DNA from: Octopus vulgaris
Lineage: Eukaryota
Reading direction: 5' to 3'
Length of the DNA stretch: 64,000 bases
Assembly: GCA_951406725.2 (NCBI GenBank)
Contig: OX597832.1
Span: forward strand, 24,242,001 to 24,306,000
Shown here: one piece after another, positions 1-14,589 of the stretch
How the letters are laid out: each line of letters begins with the position of its first letter
How positions within the stretch are numbered: position 1 is the first letter of the stretch
Translations under genes and position numbers: made by a program
Notes under the pieces: generated by a model
Seen by the model: the letters and a program-made list of their open reading frames with translations, nothing else
Database searches by the model: none
Told to the model about the DNA's origin: nothing

Positions 1-17
1 TATTAAGAATAAATATA

Positions 18-295
18 TGTCCTCCTCCTTCTTCTTCTTCTCCTCCCCCTCCTCCTTCTTCTTCTCCTCCCCCTCTTCCTCCTCCTTCTTCTTCACCTTC
101 TTCTTCACCTTCTTCACCTTCTTCTTCTCCTCCTCCTCCTTCTTCTCCTCATCCTCCTCCTTCTCCTCCTCCTTCTCCTCCTTCTCCTTCTCCTCCTTCT
201 TCTCCTCCTTCTTCTCCTCCTCCTCCTCCTTCTTCTCCACCTTCTTCTTCTGCTTATTATTATTGTTATCATTCTTCTTCCTCATCCTCTTTCAA
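18..295. repeat. (TCC/TTC)n pyrimidine low-complexity tract
   Basis: Direct reading; explains the Ser/Phe ORF. Confidence 0.9.
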
Positions 296-330
296 ATGGT
301 TGTCTGAAATGTTCCTTTCCCAATTTCCAG

Positions 331-448
331 CAAGATGAAGAAGCAACAGCTCAGGTTTACCAAGAATTTGTTGCATCATTTGAAGACAGCACCAAGCACA
401 ATAAAACTTGGATCAAAGGTGGTACAGTTCATCAAGAGAAAAAAGAAG
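331..448 (+). CDS. U2SURP: U2SURP exon (QDEEATAQVYQEFVASF...)
   Basis: ttccag acceptor, G|gtgagt donor; internal exon, so start codon is upstream of the window. Confidence 0.92.
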
Positions 449-548
449 GTGAGTGAGATCTAATCTGGAACCGTGTTTTCAAGATGCAACATCTTAGGGT
501 CACACCTGATGTTTGTTGTCTTTTTTTTTTTTATCCCTCATATTAGTC

Positions 549-873
549 TGCACCTGTGTCGGTGGCACATAAGAAAACACCGAAAACACCATCCGAGCGT
601 GGCCGTCTGCCAGCCTCGTCTGGCACCTGTGTCGGTGGCACATAAAAAACACCATCCGAGAGTGGCCGTCTGCCAGCCTCGTCTGGCACCTGTGTCGGTG
701 GCACATAAAATCACCCACTACACTCTCGGAGTGGTTGGCATTAGGAAGGGCATCCAGCTGTAGAAACACTGCCAGATCTGACTGGCCTGGTGCAGCCTTC
801 GGGCTTGCCAGACCCCAGTTGAACCGTCCAACCCATGCTAGCATGGAAAACAGACGTTAAACGATGATGATGA
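549..873 (+). mobile_element. RTE-type non-autonomous element (family C) with ~60-bp 5' tandem units and (GAT)n tail
   Basis: ggagtggttggcattaggaagggcatccagctgtagaaac core; roughly 20 related copies (e.g. 7291, 7975, 17865, 22685, 30478, 32188, 39495, 60826, 61924). RTE affinity is from recalled 5'UTR similarity. Confidence 0.75.
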
Positions 874-984
874 TTAGATTGTGCTAGAAATAACAGTTTA
901 AAACTTGCATCTTTTCATGTTTCACCACCCTGAATGTGTGTGTGGTAAGTAGCTTGCTTGCCAACCACATGGTTCTGGGTTCAA

Positions 985-1214
985 GGCGGCGAGCTGGCAG
1001 AAACGTTAGCACGCCGGGCGAAATGCTTAGCAGTATTTCGTCTGCGTTACGTTGTGAGTTCAGATTCCGGCGAGGTCGACTTTGCCTTTCATCCTTTTGG
1101 GGTCGATAAATTAAGTACCAGTTACGCACTGGGGTTGATGTAATCGACTTAATACCTATGTCTGTCCTTGTTTGTCCCCTCTGTGTTTAGCCCCTTGTGG
1201 GTAATAAAGAAATA
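985..1214 (+). mobile_element. tRNA-derived SINE with Meta-like domain (family B)
   Basis: gactttgcctttcatcc...ggggtcgataaattaagtaccag; 14-bp TSD GGTTCTGGGTTCAA (971-984, 1215-1228). Confidence 0.8.
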
Positions 1215-1874
1215 GGTTCTGGGTTCAATCCCACTGCGTGGCACCTTGGGTAAGTGTCTTCTACTATAGCCTCAGGCTAACCAAAGCCTTGTGAGTGGAT
1301 TTGGTAGACAGAAACTGAAAGAAGCCTGTTGTATGTATGTATATGTTTGTGTGTCTGTGTTTATCCCTCTCCTCTCGTCGCTTGACAACCAATGTTGGTG
1401 TGCTTATGTCCCTGTAACTTAGCGGTTCAGCAAAAGACCCAGATAGAATAAATACTAGGCTTACGAAGAATAAGTCCTGGAGAGCAGTGCACGCCATCAA
1501 AGTGACACTGGGGTACAGTTATACGAAGCCCAGTATACCCATCATGACTACCTGTCTGATAAGGGTACACCAGGCACATTCATCACAACCATATGTGCAA
1601 TACCTGGCGATCTCATATCAAGATAAACAGTGCATGACCTTGCAGAGACGAATTATTCAACCCCAAAGAATTCCTCTCAATACATGGCTGTTATGCTCCC
1701 CCACTACTTCTGCTCGTGGTCAGAGATGCACATATCGTCAGCCACTAAGGGACATGGTCAACTGGTTAAGGTCAAACAACTGAGAAGCAAATCTGAGGTA
1801 TTGAGCAGAATATTTACTGTAGCCCATCTTTTATACCAAGACAAAACAATGTACATGATAACACTTCTAATTAG

Positions 1875-2348
1875 TTAACCCTTTCGTTACTGTATTTATT
1901 TTGAGATGCTCTGTGTTTCTTTCAATTACTTTAAATATAACAAAGAATTTAGTAAAATAACTTAGTTATCATTAAGCTAGTGTTAAGAACGTAAATTGTG
2001 ACTAAGGTTTGGTGGAAGATTTTAATTCAAAACTTTTTTAAAACAAGACATTTGTACTACAGAGCCAGAGGTAGTTTCAGCCAGGTTAGTATAAAAGTGT
2101 TAAAAATATCATGGTGACTTTAACCCTTTCGTTTTCATATCTCTGTTGAGATGTTCTGTGTTTCTTTCAATTAATTTTAAATATAACAAAGAATTTAGTA
2201 AAATAACTTAGTTATCATTCAGCTAGTGTTAGGAACATAAATTGTGACTAAGGTTTAGTGGAAGATCTTTATTCAAAACTTATGAAAACAAGACATTTGT
2301 ACTCAGAGCCAGAGGCAGTTTCAGCCGGGTTGGTAACGAAAGGGTTAA
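1875..2348. mobile_element. Two adjacent piggyBac-like MITEs
   Basis: TTAA-CCCTTTCGTT...AACGAAAGGG-TTAA ends; copies 1875-2103 and 2120-2348. Confidence 0.75.
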
Positions 2349-2732
2349 GCCATGGGAGCCACTGTTTAGTATTGCATCTGGGCATTTATTATTATTTGGG
2401 GTAGAAAGGCAATCTATCTAGGGAGATAACCTTACAATAAATCACTCGGTCCGTAGCTTAGGAATACTGGGTTGACGTCCAGCGGGAACAGCTTTGCTTC
2501 ATGGAGGAGGAAAGATCTTCTTTAGTACTTGGTTGTACAATGCTTTCCAATGTGTGTAGGAGTGGCGCGCGCACACATTATTAGCCATTTGAAAAGACTA
2601 TGAAAGTCTCGACCACGGTCGAACAACAATAATGATGATGATGATTATTATTTTTATTATTATTAATACTATTTAAAAAAAAAAAAATTTTATCCTCTTT
2701 TTTTTTTTTTTTTTTTTTCTTTTCAAAAACAG

Positions 2733-3001
2733 AAAAGGAGAAAGAGTTCAAGCCAGAAAAAGCCAAGGTCTACAAGCCGACATCGAAACTAGCAGAGCTG
2801 GCATCTACATTTCCATCAGTGAAAGAAATCAAGAAAGAGAAGAAGGAAGAGGCTGCTCCGACCCCGCCGCCGCCGCCTCCACCGCCCCCTCCCCCGCCAC
2901 CCGTAACCACCTCAGCCCCTCTGCTGGCATCACCTGAACATCATCCAAAGTCTCATTTTTCAACTGATACTCCAAAATCACAGAAGGAAAGCAGCAAAAG
3001 T
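2733..3001 (+). CDS. U2SURP: U2SURP exon (KVYKPTSK..., poly-Pro)
   Basis: Poly-T tract + aacag acceptor, phase 1 in, gtaagt donor; YKP motif. Confidence 0.9.
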
Positions 3002-3097
3002 GTAAGTTGCTTGCTTGCATCGAACGTTCCGTTTTACAGTTTATGGAGTCATTGAGGGACTCCTTTTTTTTTTTTGTGGAGGGCTTGTTTATATATA

Positions 3098-3267
3098 GGC
3101 GCAGGAGTGGCTGTGTAGTAAGTAGCTTGCTAACCAACCACATGGTTGCGGGTTCAGTCCCACTGCGTGGCATCTTGGGCAAGTGTCTTCTGCTATAGCC
3201 CCGGGCCGACCAATGCCTTGTGAGTGGATTTGGTAGACGGAAACTGAAAGAAGCCTGTCGTATATAT

Positions 3268-3307
<40 letters not shown>

Positions 3308-3522
3308 GTGTGTGTGTGTTTGTGTGTCTGTGTTTGTCCCCCTAGCATTGCTTGACAGCCGATGCTGGTGTGTTTATGTCCCCGTCACTTAGCAATTCGG
3401 CAAAAGAGACCAATAGAATAAGTACTGGGCTTACAAAGAATAAGTCCCGGGGTCAATTTGCTTGACTAAAGGCGGTGCTCCAACATGGCCGCAGTCAAAT
3501 GACTGAAACAAGTAAAAAGAGT
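3098..3522 (+). mobile_element. tRNA-derived SINE family A with internal (TA)n(TG)n
   Basis: A/B-box-like head (tggctgtgtagtaag...ggttcagtccc), cttgggcaagtg motif, many near-identical copies. Confidence 0.85.
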
Positions 3523-4023
3523 ATTTATATGTGTGTGTGTGTGTATGTATATATATATATATAGTGTGTGTGTGTTGTTTTTTTTCAGTAAAAATGTTCT
3601 GATTTTGTCTGTTAGTCCAGTTAGCATTATATCAAATGTTGGAATTATTTAACCATTTTAATAATACCACCCCATTATAAGGCCAACCCTGGTTCTGTAA
3701 CATAAGCCCTTCATTCTAAAGTATTTACATTAGAATCAAAACTATCTTAATTTTTACACCCAAACCTTTTAATACCACAAATGCCATCTTAGTAATGCGA
3801 AAGTTGTTTTCCTAAACCCCACCCAAATTCTGAATTGTTTTAGAAATTAAATAAAACGCATAATGTATTTCATGAGAAAATATGGTCACAAATGGGTTAA
3901 GGGATCATTATCAGGGAAATTACTCCTAAATGGGGCCTCACATAGATTTTTTGTTACAACCCACTTTTTAAGATTCCTTTTGTGTTATCTTTCATAGGGC
4001 TTTCATAGGTTATGAAGTTTAAA

Positions 4024-4417
4024 AGGCATCTTTTCGGTTTGAACGGCAGTTTTTCTAGTGGTGTCATATGAAATTGTCACCCATAAATATGACCCTAGTA
4101 TCGATCTATTGCATTTCAATCTGGTTAGGAGTGGTGGGAAGGATTTTTTTTTCTTCAGAAATGTAAATAAACCTAATCTGTTTCTTAAACGAGGGACATA
4201 TTCGTATACGGCACAGAATGTTTTCACCTCAATAGACGTCATTGATTGGTTGAAATTGCAGAAATTGAAGAAGAAAAACAACAAATATCTTACAAACTAT
4301 AGAATTTTCTCAATAAAGCCAAGAGAAAAATATGTTTTATAAAAGTATACGAAGTTTAAAAGTGTTTCGCTACGTGGAAATTATTTTTAAAAACGCCGTT
4401 CAAACCGAAAAGATCCT
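4024..4417. mobile_element. MITE with ~28-bp terminal inverted repeats
   Basis: atcttttcggtttgaacggc / gccgttcaaaccgaaaagat ends, TTTAAAA flanks. Confidence 0.75.
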
Positions 4418-5582
4418 TTAAAAGCTCTAGGGATGAACTGTTTCAATAATTGGCTTTCAAATTTGGCTGTGTGCATGAGGGGGCACAGCCAGAATGTTCA
4501 AATTAATTCTTCGTTTTATGCAAAAACAGCTGTCTTTTATTAACTTTCATGGACTATCTATGTGCACTTGTCAAGAATCTGAAACCTGCAGATCTTCTGT
4601 GATCCCTGCTCCATGTTTGGTTGCATCCCACTGTTTAAATGTATTTGGAATGTGCTTTGCAGTTGACCTTTGTCATAGCACATTTCTCCTCGAGAATATC
4701 AGTTGCTCCTGTCTATCACTGATATGCCATTGAGTACAAAGGTTGACATTTCTGTGATGACTGTAATTCTCAGTTAGTAGACAGTTGTGAGTGCCTGGCA
4801 GTATTTTCAGACGCCAGGTACCCAGTGTGCCAAATAAAGCTCATTGATATGGGTGCCATATAAAAAGCACCCCATTGCACTCAGTAAAGTGGTTGATGTT
4901 ATAGGAAGGGCATTAATCCGTTGTCTTACTTTATTTTAAATATGGGAGATAACTCTAGACTTGTTTTAGTCTTATTCGATCTCTTCAACAAAGCATAGAC
5001 AATCCTGTGCTTACCAAAGTTGTGATAAGAGAATCTCCTAGTACTTAATTTAGCATTGGAAATTAGTGATGTTGTGTGTGAGATCCGTAGGTAAGGTGTA
5101 TAATTTTGCTTGCCTTTGTCTTGTTTTCAGTTTGCCAGGCAAATTGAACAGGGTCCATGCCAAACTTTCAGTCAAGTGTGAGTGAGTCAGTAATGGTAGG
5201 AAGAAATAAACAAACTACTAGATGTAAACGAATAAAACGAAAAGGATAGTAATAATAATATAAAGGAAGAAAAATAACAAAGAACAGAATGCTTTTCATT
5301 CATTGCATCACATTGAAGATTGAATGTGGAACCAGTAAAAGCAAGGCAAAATGCAGATAAAAAACTGTTTCATGTATATATATATATATATGTATACACA
5401 CACAACAGAATTGAGATCCTAAAACCGAGGTGCCTTGAAAAAGCATTGTTGTGGGTGTTGGTGACATGTAAAAAGCACCCTGTACACTCTGTAGAATGCT
5501 TAGTGTTAGGAAGGGCATCCAGCTTTAGAAACCAGTTGATGTCAGCATGGAAAACAGACATTAAATGTTGATGATGACGATG

Positions 5583-5620
<38 letters not shown>

Positions 5621-6395
5621 TTTATAATAGTATAAAATAAAATTATAATTAAGGGCATTGAGGGTTCTATGCCTGTTTGCTGAAAATAGATGTTAAATCA
5701 TCGAACCACTTAAAATCATCACTTTTATTAACACACGTTGAAATCAAGGGAATAGGCTGACAGAAATTCATGACAAATGCGGTTATAATTGTATTTTATA
5801 CTGTTATAAATCTCTATATATGAATTCACCTTAATAGGTCTATTTTATATGCTGGCCACTGATAAAATTTTTTAACGATTTTATCCTTTATTATTGTAAT
5901 TGTATATCTATCTACCTATATATATGGCACGTAAAAGCACCCACTCTACTCCTGGAGTGTTTGGCGTGAGGAAGGGCATCCAGCTGTAGAAACTGCCAGA
6001 TCAGATTGGAGCCTGGTGCAGCTATCTGGTTCACCAGACCTCAGTCAAATCGCTCTACTGATGCCAGCATGGAAAGCAGACATTAAACGATGATGATGAT
6101 GATTCCTGTATTTTCACATAAACCAGTGTCTTTTTTTTCTTTTTTTTTCTTCTTGCAAATAAGACCACCAGTGTTGTATCTTCGAGCCTGAAGGGTTGCT
6201 TGGAGACACAAGTCATGACATATAAATTTGTTGTGTGTTTCCACAGCCTGATACTATTAGTAGCTCATATTTAAATACTGTGGATATTAAATGATAATTA
6301 TCTCCCACTGGATGGACTTCTTGTTTTGTCGATCCTACTAATAATGGAACTCTAAACTATATATTTATTTATTCATTTATTTCTTTGTTTTGCAG

Positions 6396-6478
6396 CAGCA
6401 AAATTATTCCTCCTCAAAGAAGAGAAAAGATGACAAAAAGAAGAGCAATTTGGAACTTTTTAAAGAAGAACTGAAACA
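6396..6478 (+). CDS. U2SURP: U2SURP exon (KKKSNLELFKEELK)
   Basis: tgcagcag tandem acceptor, CA|gtaaga donor. Confidence 0.93.
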
Positions 6479-7103
6479 GTAAGATCCCTTTTTTTTTTTT
6501 TCTTTTTTTTAGACAACTTCAATCATTCCTTTATGACAATTCTATTATTTTGTGTACATCTCTTTATTTTTTGTGTTCAAATCTTGTTTGGGTCAACTTT
6601 ATTTTTACAAAGGCAAAGTTGGATGGGGGTAGGACGGGAAGGTGTAACTGAAATAAAATGAAATACTAGGGTGAGAACAAATGCATTCAAGCAGAACACA
6701 CATTAATTTGCAAATGCACGTGTGTGCAGTTTTGTATGTGGTTTACAAGATTCTTGGTGTGAACTCGCGTGTTGAAACAGATTTTGTTATATCTTGGGAG
6801 GATCATTATGCCAATAATAAACACACACACTGGTTCTGTTTCACTTCTTTTATTACTATTTGTCAATTTGCTGAAACAGGCCTGGAGTAGAACGAAAGGG
6901 CATGTCGTTTACATATGGCAACAAAGACTTTGACAAATCTAGTTGATTGATTGATTGAACAAATGATTATTCGAGCATTCAATTAGTTAATTGATTAAGT
7001 GTTAGCGAATTGACTAATAATAATAATAATAAAAGTAAAACAGAACTAGTGCATGTGCTTATTATAATTTTCATATTTCCTAATTTTTTTTTCCTTTTTC
7101 CAG

Positions 7104-7249
7104 AATCCAAGAAGAAAGACAAGAAAGACATCGATTAAAAAAGCAGTTTCGGAATAACACAGAAGAAGAACCTGATGAACAACATCCTCCACCCAGATTC
7201 GATCTCAGTTTAGAGACAAACACAAATGCCCCCAGCCCTAGAAATTCTG
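7104..7249 (+). CDS. U2SURP: U2SURP exon (IQEERQERHRLKK...)
   Basis: ttttccag acceptor, G|gtaatt donor, phase-consistent. Confidence 0.9.
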
Positions 7250-8855
7250 GTAATTATGCATCGTAATCTTGATTCTGTATGTCCGGCATTCGTGCCAGTG
7301 GCACGTAAAAAAGCACCATTCAAGCGTGATCATTACCAGTGTCACCTTACTGGCACTTGTGCCAGTGTGCAGGTGGCACTTAAAAAAAAAAACATTTGGG
7401 TGTGGCCATTGCCAGTACCGCCTGACTGGCCCCCCCCGTGCCGGTGGCACGTAAAAGCACTCACTACACTCTCGGAGTGGTTGGCGTTAGGAAGGGCATC
7501 CAGCTGTAGAAACTCTGGTTCACCAGTCCTCAGTCAAATTGTCCAACCCAAGCCAGCATGGAAAGTGGACGTTAAACGATGATGATGATGACTACTTTTC
7601 CATGCTTGCATGAGTCTGATGGAAGCCATTGAAGCCGATTTCCTGATGACCAGATGCCCTTCCTGTCATCAACCCTCACTTGTTTCTATGCAAGGTAATA
7701 TTCCCCCATATCCAAACATGTTTCCACAAAGGATTGGAAAGAGAGGGCATCACTTTTATAGCGGTGATGTTTGTTTACAACTATCATGCAATGTCCACAC
7801 ACACATATGTATAGGTGAGAAGCTTGTTTCCCAACCACATGGTTCTGGGTTCAGTCCCATTGTGGCACCTTGGGCAAGTGTCTTCTATTCTAGCCCCAGG
7901 TTGACCAAAGCCTTGTGAGTGGATTTGATAGATGGAAACTGAGAGAAGCTCATTAAAAAAAAAAAAACATTCAAGCGAGGTCGTTGCCAGTGCCGCTGAC
8001 TGGCTCCTGTGCAGGTGGCACATAAAAAGCACCATTTGAACGTGGCCGTTGCCAGTACCACCTAACTGGCCCTTGTGCTGGGGGCATGTAAAAGCACCCA
8101 CTACACTCTCGGAGTGGTTGGCATTAGGAAGGGCATCCAGCTGTAGAAATTCTGCCAGATCAGATTGGAGTCTGGTTTGCCAGACCTCAGTCGAATCGCC
8201 CAACCCATGCTAACATGGAAAGCGGACATTAAACGATGACGATGATGATATATATACACATATCTTGGGGTGGGAGGTTTGTGTCCTATGCTTGACAATG
8301 GTGTTGCTTTGTTTACATCCTTATAACTTTGTGGTTTGGCAGAAGAAACTGAATAAGTACCACACTTAAAAAAAAGTCCTGGGATCAATTTATTTGACTA
8401 AAAAAGCCCCCAAGATGGTGCCCCAGCATGGCCACAATCACCTAACTGAATCAAACCAAGTACCAGGCTCCAGTCCAGTCTAGTTTGGCTTGGTTTCTAC
8501 AGCAGGATGCCCTTCCTAATGCCAGTCCCTCTACAGAATGTGCTGGGTGCTTTTTATGTGTCACCAACACCCACTCCAAAGCATTTTACACTGTGCCTTG
8601 GTTTTAGGATCTCAATTCTGTTGTGGGTGGGTGGGTCTTCTTGAGTACAGTAATGTGCCCCACACCTCAGTCCTTTGTCATCCCCTTCATAAGGCTCAGT
8701 GTTTTGAGATCAGACTTCAGTACTTTATCCCATGTGTTTCCAGGTCTCCATTCTTTTAATTCTTTTGGGAACATCCATGTATTAAAAGTTCCTTCTTTTA
8801 AACAGCTTCGTATTCACCCCATTCATCGTGCCTTGTTTTTTTTTTTCTATTTTAG

Positions 8856-8938
8856 GGGAAAACTTCAACCGTTTGGGATCTTATGATACCGGAGACGAAT
8901 ATACAACTAACATTTACGTTGGAAACATTAGTCCAAAG
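8856..8938 (+). CDS. U2SURP: U2SURP exon, RRM start (GSYDTGDEYTTNIYVGNISPK)
   Basis: RNP2-like IYVGNI; ttttag / gtaagg. Confidence 0.94.
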
Positions 8939-9524
8939 GTAAGGTTTCCTTTTCCCACATCGGCATTTATCGTTACTGCACTGGAGAAAATGCTTGGCAC
9001 CATTTCTTTTGGCTCTTTATGTTTTGAGATCAGATGCCACTGAAATTGGCTTTGCCTTTCATCCGTCCAGGGATCAATTAAATTAAAGCACCAGTCAAGA
9101 ACTTGGGTTGATGTAACCAACTTTTTTTCCCACCAAAATTGTCAGCCCTGTGTTGAAATAAGAAAGAATTATTATTATTATTATTATTAAGGCTGCCAGC
9201 TGGTAGATTTGTTGCCATGTGGGACGAAATTTTCAGCCATATTTCTTCCAGTTCTTTATAGTTTGAGTTACCTCCATCTCCTGAAATTGCTGGCCTTCTC
9301 CCAAAATTTGAAACTATTATTATGATTATTATTGTTGGTGCCTGCCCTTCCTTATGGTCATGAGTCTTGGACAATGACTGAAAGATTATAATAATGAATA
9401 CAAGCAATTGAGATTGGGTTGTGTCAAAGAGTCTTTGGAGTCTTTGGAATGCTTTAAATGCTAAAGGTTTAAAGGGGGCAAAAAAAAAAAAACCACGTTC
9501 TTTATGATATTGGTCAATTGGTGA

Positions 9525-9767
<243 letters not shown>

Positions 9768-10779
9768 TAGAAACGACCCTTTCTTTCTTTTGAAATTTAT
9801 TTGTTTTTCATATTCAATATTATTCAGTATTTAAGTTGATTTGTGTGTACTTTGTTTAATTTTACATTGGCACCTTTTGGGTGGCAGGGATCTTACAGAG
9901 GGCACCCAACTGTAGAAATCATGTTGAAGCAGACACTGGAACATGATGCGGTCCTTGGATCCACTGGATCCTGTCAGATCATCCCTACCTCTGCCAACAT
10001 GGAACATGTGTGTTAAATGATGATAATCTCTTACAAAAATATTTAAAGAAAAAGGACAAAAACACCCTGTAACAACAAATTGGTTTCAATGAATGAAGAT
10101 CAATAGAATAAAGATATTTTTCTTCTAAAGCAGTTCAAAGTAGGCAACAAACAAGCCATCTGGCTCCAAAATACTGCCTTGGTATGTTTCATCCAATCCA
10201 TTTTGGCATGGAAAGGTGGAGATAGAAATGATGTTAATGATGATGATGATGATAATGCAAAGATACACACATATACACACGTATGTATCTAGTCTTCAGA
10301 TGTTTTGTCACAAGTGGTCCAGATAAATGTCTTGATCATTAGCATAACCTGTTGTATGAATGTGTATCTGTGTGTATTTATCACTAATGTATTTTTGTCC
10401 CAGGTTGACTCACTCATGTCTAACTCACTAGCACTTCCTGGTGTGTATGTGTGTATGCGTGTGCTCATGTATACAGTGGCTGCAGCATGGCCAAATAGTT
10501 AAGGAGGTTACTTTGCAGTCTCTAGTGCCTGTGTGGAATCTTGAGCAAGTATCTTTTTACCATTGCTTCAGTGCAGCCCATCCCTTTTGAATGAAGTTGA
10601 GTAGAAGGAAACTGTACAGGAAGCCGTACAAATTCAAATGTCTATCCTTGCCATGGAGCAGTGTTTCTGAACCATTTTTTGCCTATAGATCCCTTTGATT
10701 CCTATTTTATTCTACAGGATTTCCATAACCACTCAATGTTTAAAAAAAAAATTGTATATTTATAATTTTTTATTATTTA

Positions 10780-11075
10780 TGCACCCTTTTCAAGCCTAGC
10801 CAGGCTCATGGGCCCGGTTTCTATGGCATATGTGTTCTCCCCAGTTTGACAGGACGCCAGTCCATTGTAGCGTTACTCAAGAAACAGGAAGAAAGAGTGA
10901 GAGAAAGTTGGGGCGAAAGAGTATAACAGGGGTCACCACCACCCCCTGCTAGAGCCTCGTGGAGCTTTTAGGTGTTTTCGCTCAATAAACACACACAACG
11001 CCTGGTCTGGAAATTGAAACCACGATCCTCCGACCGCGAGTCAACTGCTTTAACGACTACACCATTGTGCCTCTG
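10780..11075 (-). mobile_element. tRNA-derived SINE family E, nested in a hAT-like MITE (10659-11374)
   Basis: Related copy at 40130-40467; outer cagtgtttctgaacc / ggttgagaaccact termini. Confidence 0.6.
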
Positions 11076-11488
11076 CAAATATTTATAATTAAATATTATT
11101 AATTAAAAATATTGTCAAAATATCTTGTGTATTGTAGAAGTATAACTGATTTGTTACACGTAACTTAGCGGTTCGGCAAAAGAGACCGATAGAATAAGTA
11201 CTAGGCTTGCAAAGAATAAGTCCTAGGGTCGATTTGCTCGACTGAAGGTGGTGCTCCAGCGTGGCTGCAGTCAAATGACTGAAACAAGTAAAAGAGTAAA
11301 GAGAGTAACTTTTAACAACAAAATCTCTTGTGAACCCCAAAGGGCCACATGGGGCCCCGGTTGAGAACCACTACCATAGACTGTGTCACACTCTAAAAGA
11401 TTTTATTATGGGTACACATGTTTATTGGATACTCAGCCACTGCTAGTCTAGTTTGTAGTTCCCTGAGCAGGCAATTCGGTTGATTTAA

Positions 11489-12296
<808 letters not shown>

Positions 12297-14555
12297 GTAT
12301 ATATACTAATATATATACACACACACACGTTTCTGTTTTGGTTTGTCTGTTTCTGTTATATGTACTTCCTACTTTTCCTGTCTTTCTGTCCCTTTGTTTC
12401 TATATTTAGTTTGCTGTCCTTAATTATAGAGACATTGTATTCTATAAATTTATATTTTCTACCTTGTGTGTTTTCTCTGGTACCTCATCTCTACCATCCT
12501 TTATCTGCTTCCCAGCTACTCACATGTACCCTTAGATGATATAATGCAGGGTAGTCACCTGTCTCCTCTATAACCCTGCAACAGATTGAAGTTCTGTTCA
12601 TTGGAGGTGTAGTTATTGCATTCACAGTTGCTTGTACATCATGGAAACCAGAATAAACTCTAGTCTAATGAATGTATACAGTTGTGACAAACCCTCTGTT
12701 AGCCCTACTAGAAGAGACTCTGTGTGTGTATATACAAATACACACACACGGAGGCACACAAACACACACATGACCCATGGCACAGATACACATGTTGATT
12801 AAGCAAATTATTAGTTTTGGCTGCTATATCTCCCTGGACCTATGAGTTTTGCTGTGGGATCAAGCTATCCTAAATTTCTACTACATAAAAAAAAAAAATA
12901 CAAACCCTATTTTTCAGACCACAGAAAATTTTCTTGGCTGAAAGTGATTCAGAGGCAATATGGAAAACAAATCAGTCACTAAACCTGTAAACATTTGAAT
13001 TTTCAGAAAAATAGAATTGACCATGACTCTACCCTTGCCCACCACTCACTGCATTGCTCTCTGTCCCTCTGCTGCTCCCTTGAATTTACTTAATCACTCA
13101 CCTTGTTCAATTCGTTGTATCACTTATATTTGCTTTCCTGTAACTTGAGGGTGTGCCCTGCCACATCATCACCATCTTCTTTCTTTTCCAACAGGGGTAA
13201 ACCCTGTGTGACCCCTACAGCAAGACCCCTGTACCTGTCCCTCTCATCACCTTTCATAAAACCACCTCTCTCAGTACATCTCCTCGGTCAAGAGGGTCTT
13301 GTGCTTGCCAGTTACTTGGTGACCTCACCAGTGCTGGTGCCATATAAAAAGCACCACCCAGTATGTTCTGTAACATGGTTGGCATTAACAAGGGCATCCA
13401 ACCATAGAAATCGTGTCAAAGGTGTAGTCCTTTGGTTCACCAGCTCCTGTTGAGCTGTCCAATCCATGCCAACATGCAAAGTGGAAGTTAAATGATGATG
13501 ATGTAAAACAATTTTTAAATCCCATGATAGAAATTTTTAAAAATATATTTTGTGTCTGTGTGATTATTAACAGGAATTTTTTCTTGTCCTTTCTTTTTTA
13601 CTTCAAGTCATTAATTTGTGAAGATAAGGTGTTTAGGGGATGGATATGAAAAATTAGGCCCTTAGTATTTAAAGTGGCCATATCTAGCCCAAATATTTTA
13701 CCTTGTTTTATATTCAAATCGACCAGATTAGGCCTCTCGTGCTTACCCTACAATATCATTCTGAAAATAAACAGGCATGTCATTGAAATCTCGAAGCTAC
13801 AAGATAATGGGTGGTTAATTTAAAACAATGTGAATAAAGAGATTAAAGAAGGTTTAATTTGGAAGGTTGGATGTCACTGTAGTAGGGGTAGGAGAGGTGA
13901 GATTGGGAGAAGAACAATGACAGCTGGACTGGACAGACGTAGAAATGTCTGAATTTGTTGGAATTTCAAAATTATTGAATTGCTGATGTTTCTTAATTGA
14001 ACACAGTTAAAGAATTTATGTGTTATGTAGATATTTGTTTTGTCTAATATTAGTTTTCTTTGAGGACGAAAACTTCGATTTTTTTTTCTTTGTAATTCCT
14101 TGAATTCAGTTTGATAAGAGAAAATTTAACTCAAAACTCAGTCTAAAAAGAATTGAAGAAAATTTTTTGTTTTAATATATAATATTGATTTTAATTTTGA
14201 TATTTTAATTTTCACGACTTAATTTTGTTTTTTATTCATTAAGCTTCCTTGAAAATTTTTGAATTGTTATAACTGGGGTGGAGGTTATGAAAATTGGGAA
14301 GGCATTAATTTAAAGAAACAGAAAATAATGAATATAATAATTTTGAAAAAAATTTTGTTAGTACAATAACAATTAAAAAATATATTTTTGTATTTTTTTT
14401 TTTTTCTTTATCAATTTTGAATCTCTCAAGTCTATTTCATATATATAAAAAAAATATCGGAAATTCGTTTTACATAAATTCAAATCAAAATTTCGATTCC
14501 TTGTTACTTAATTTCCCAGAATTCAGTCTTGGCAGGATTGACTTTGTTTTTCTCC

Positions 14556-14589
<34 letters not shown>

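Noticed and set aside
600-710. HDV-like ribozyme in family C units (ccagcctcgtctggc)
   Set aside because: Resembles P3/L3 only; loop too short and no P1, P1.1 or J4/2 found.
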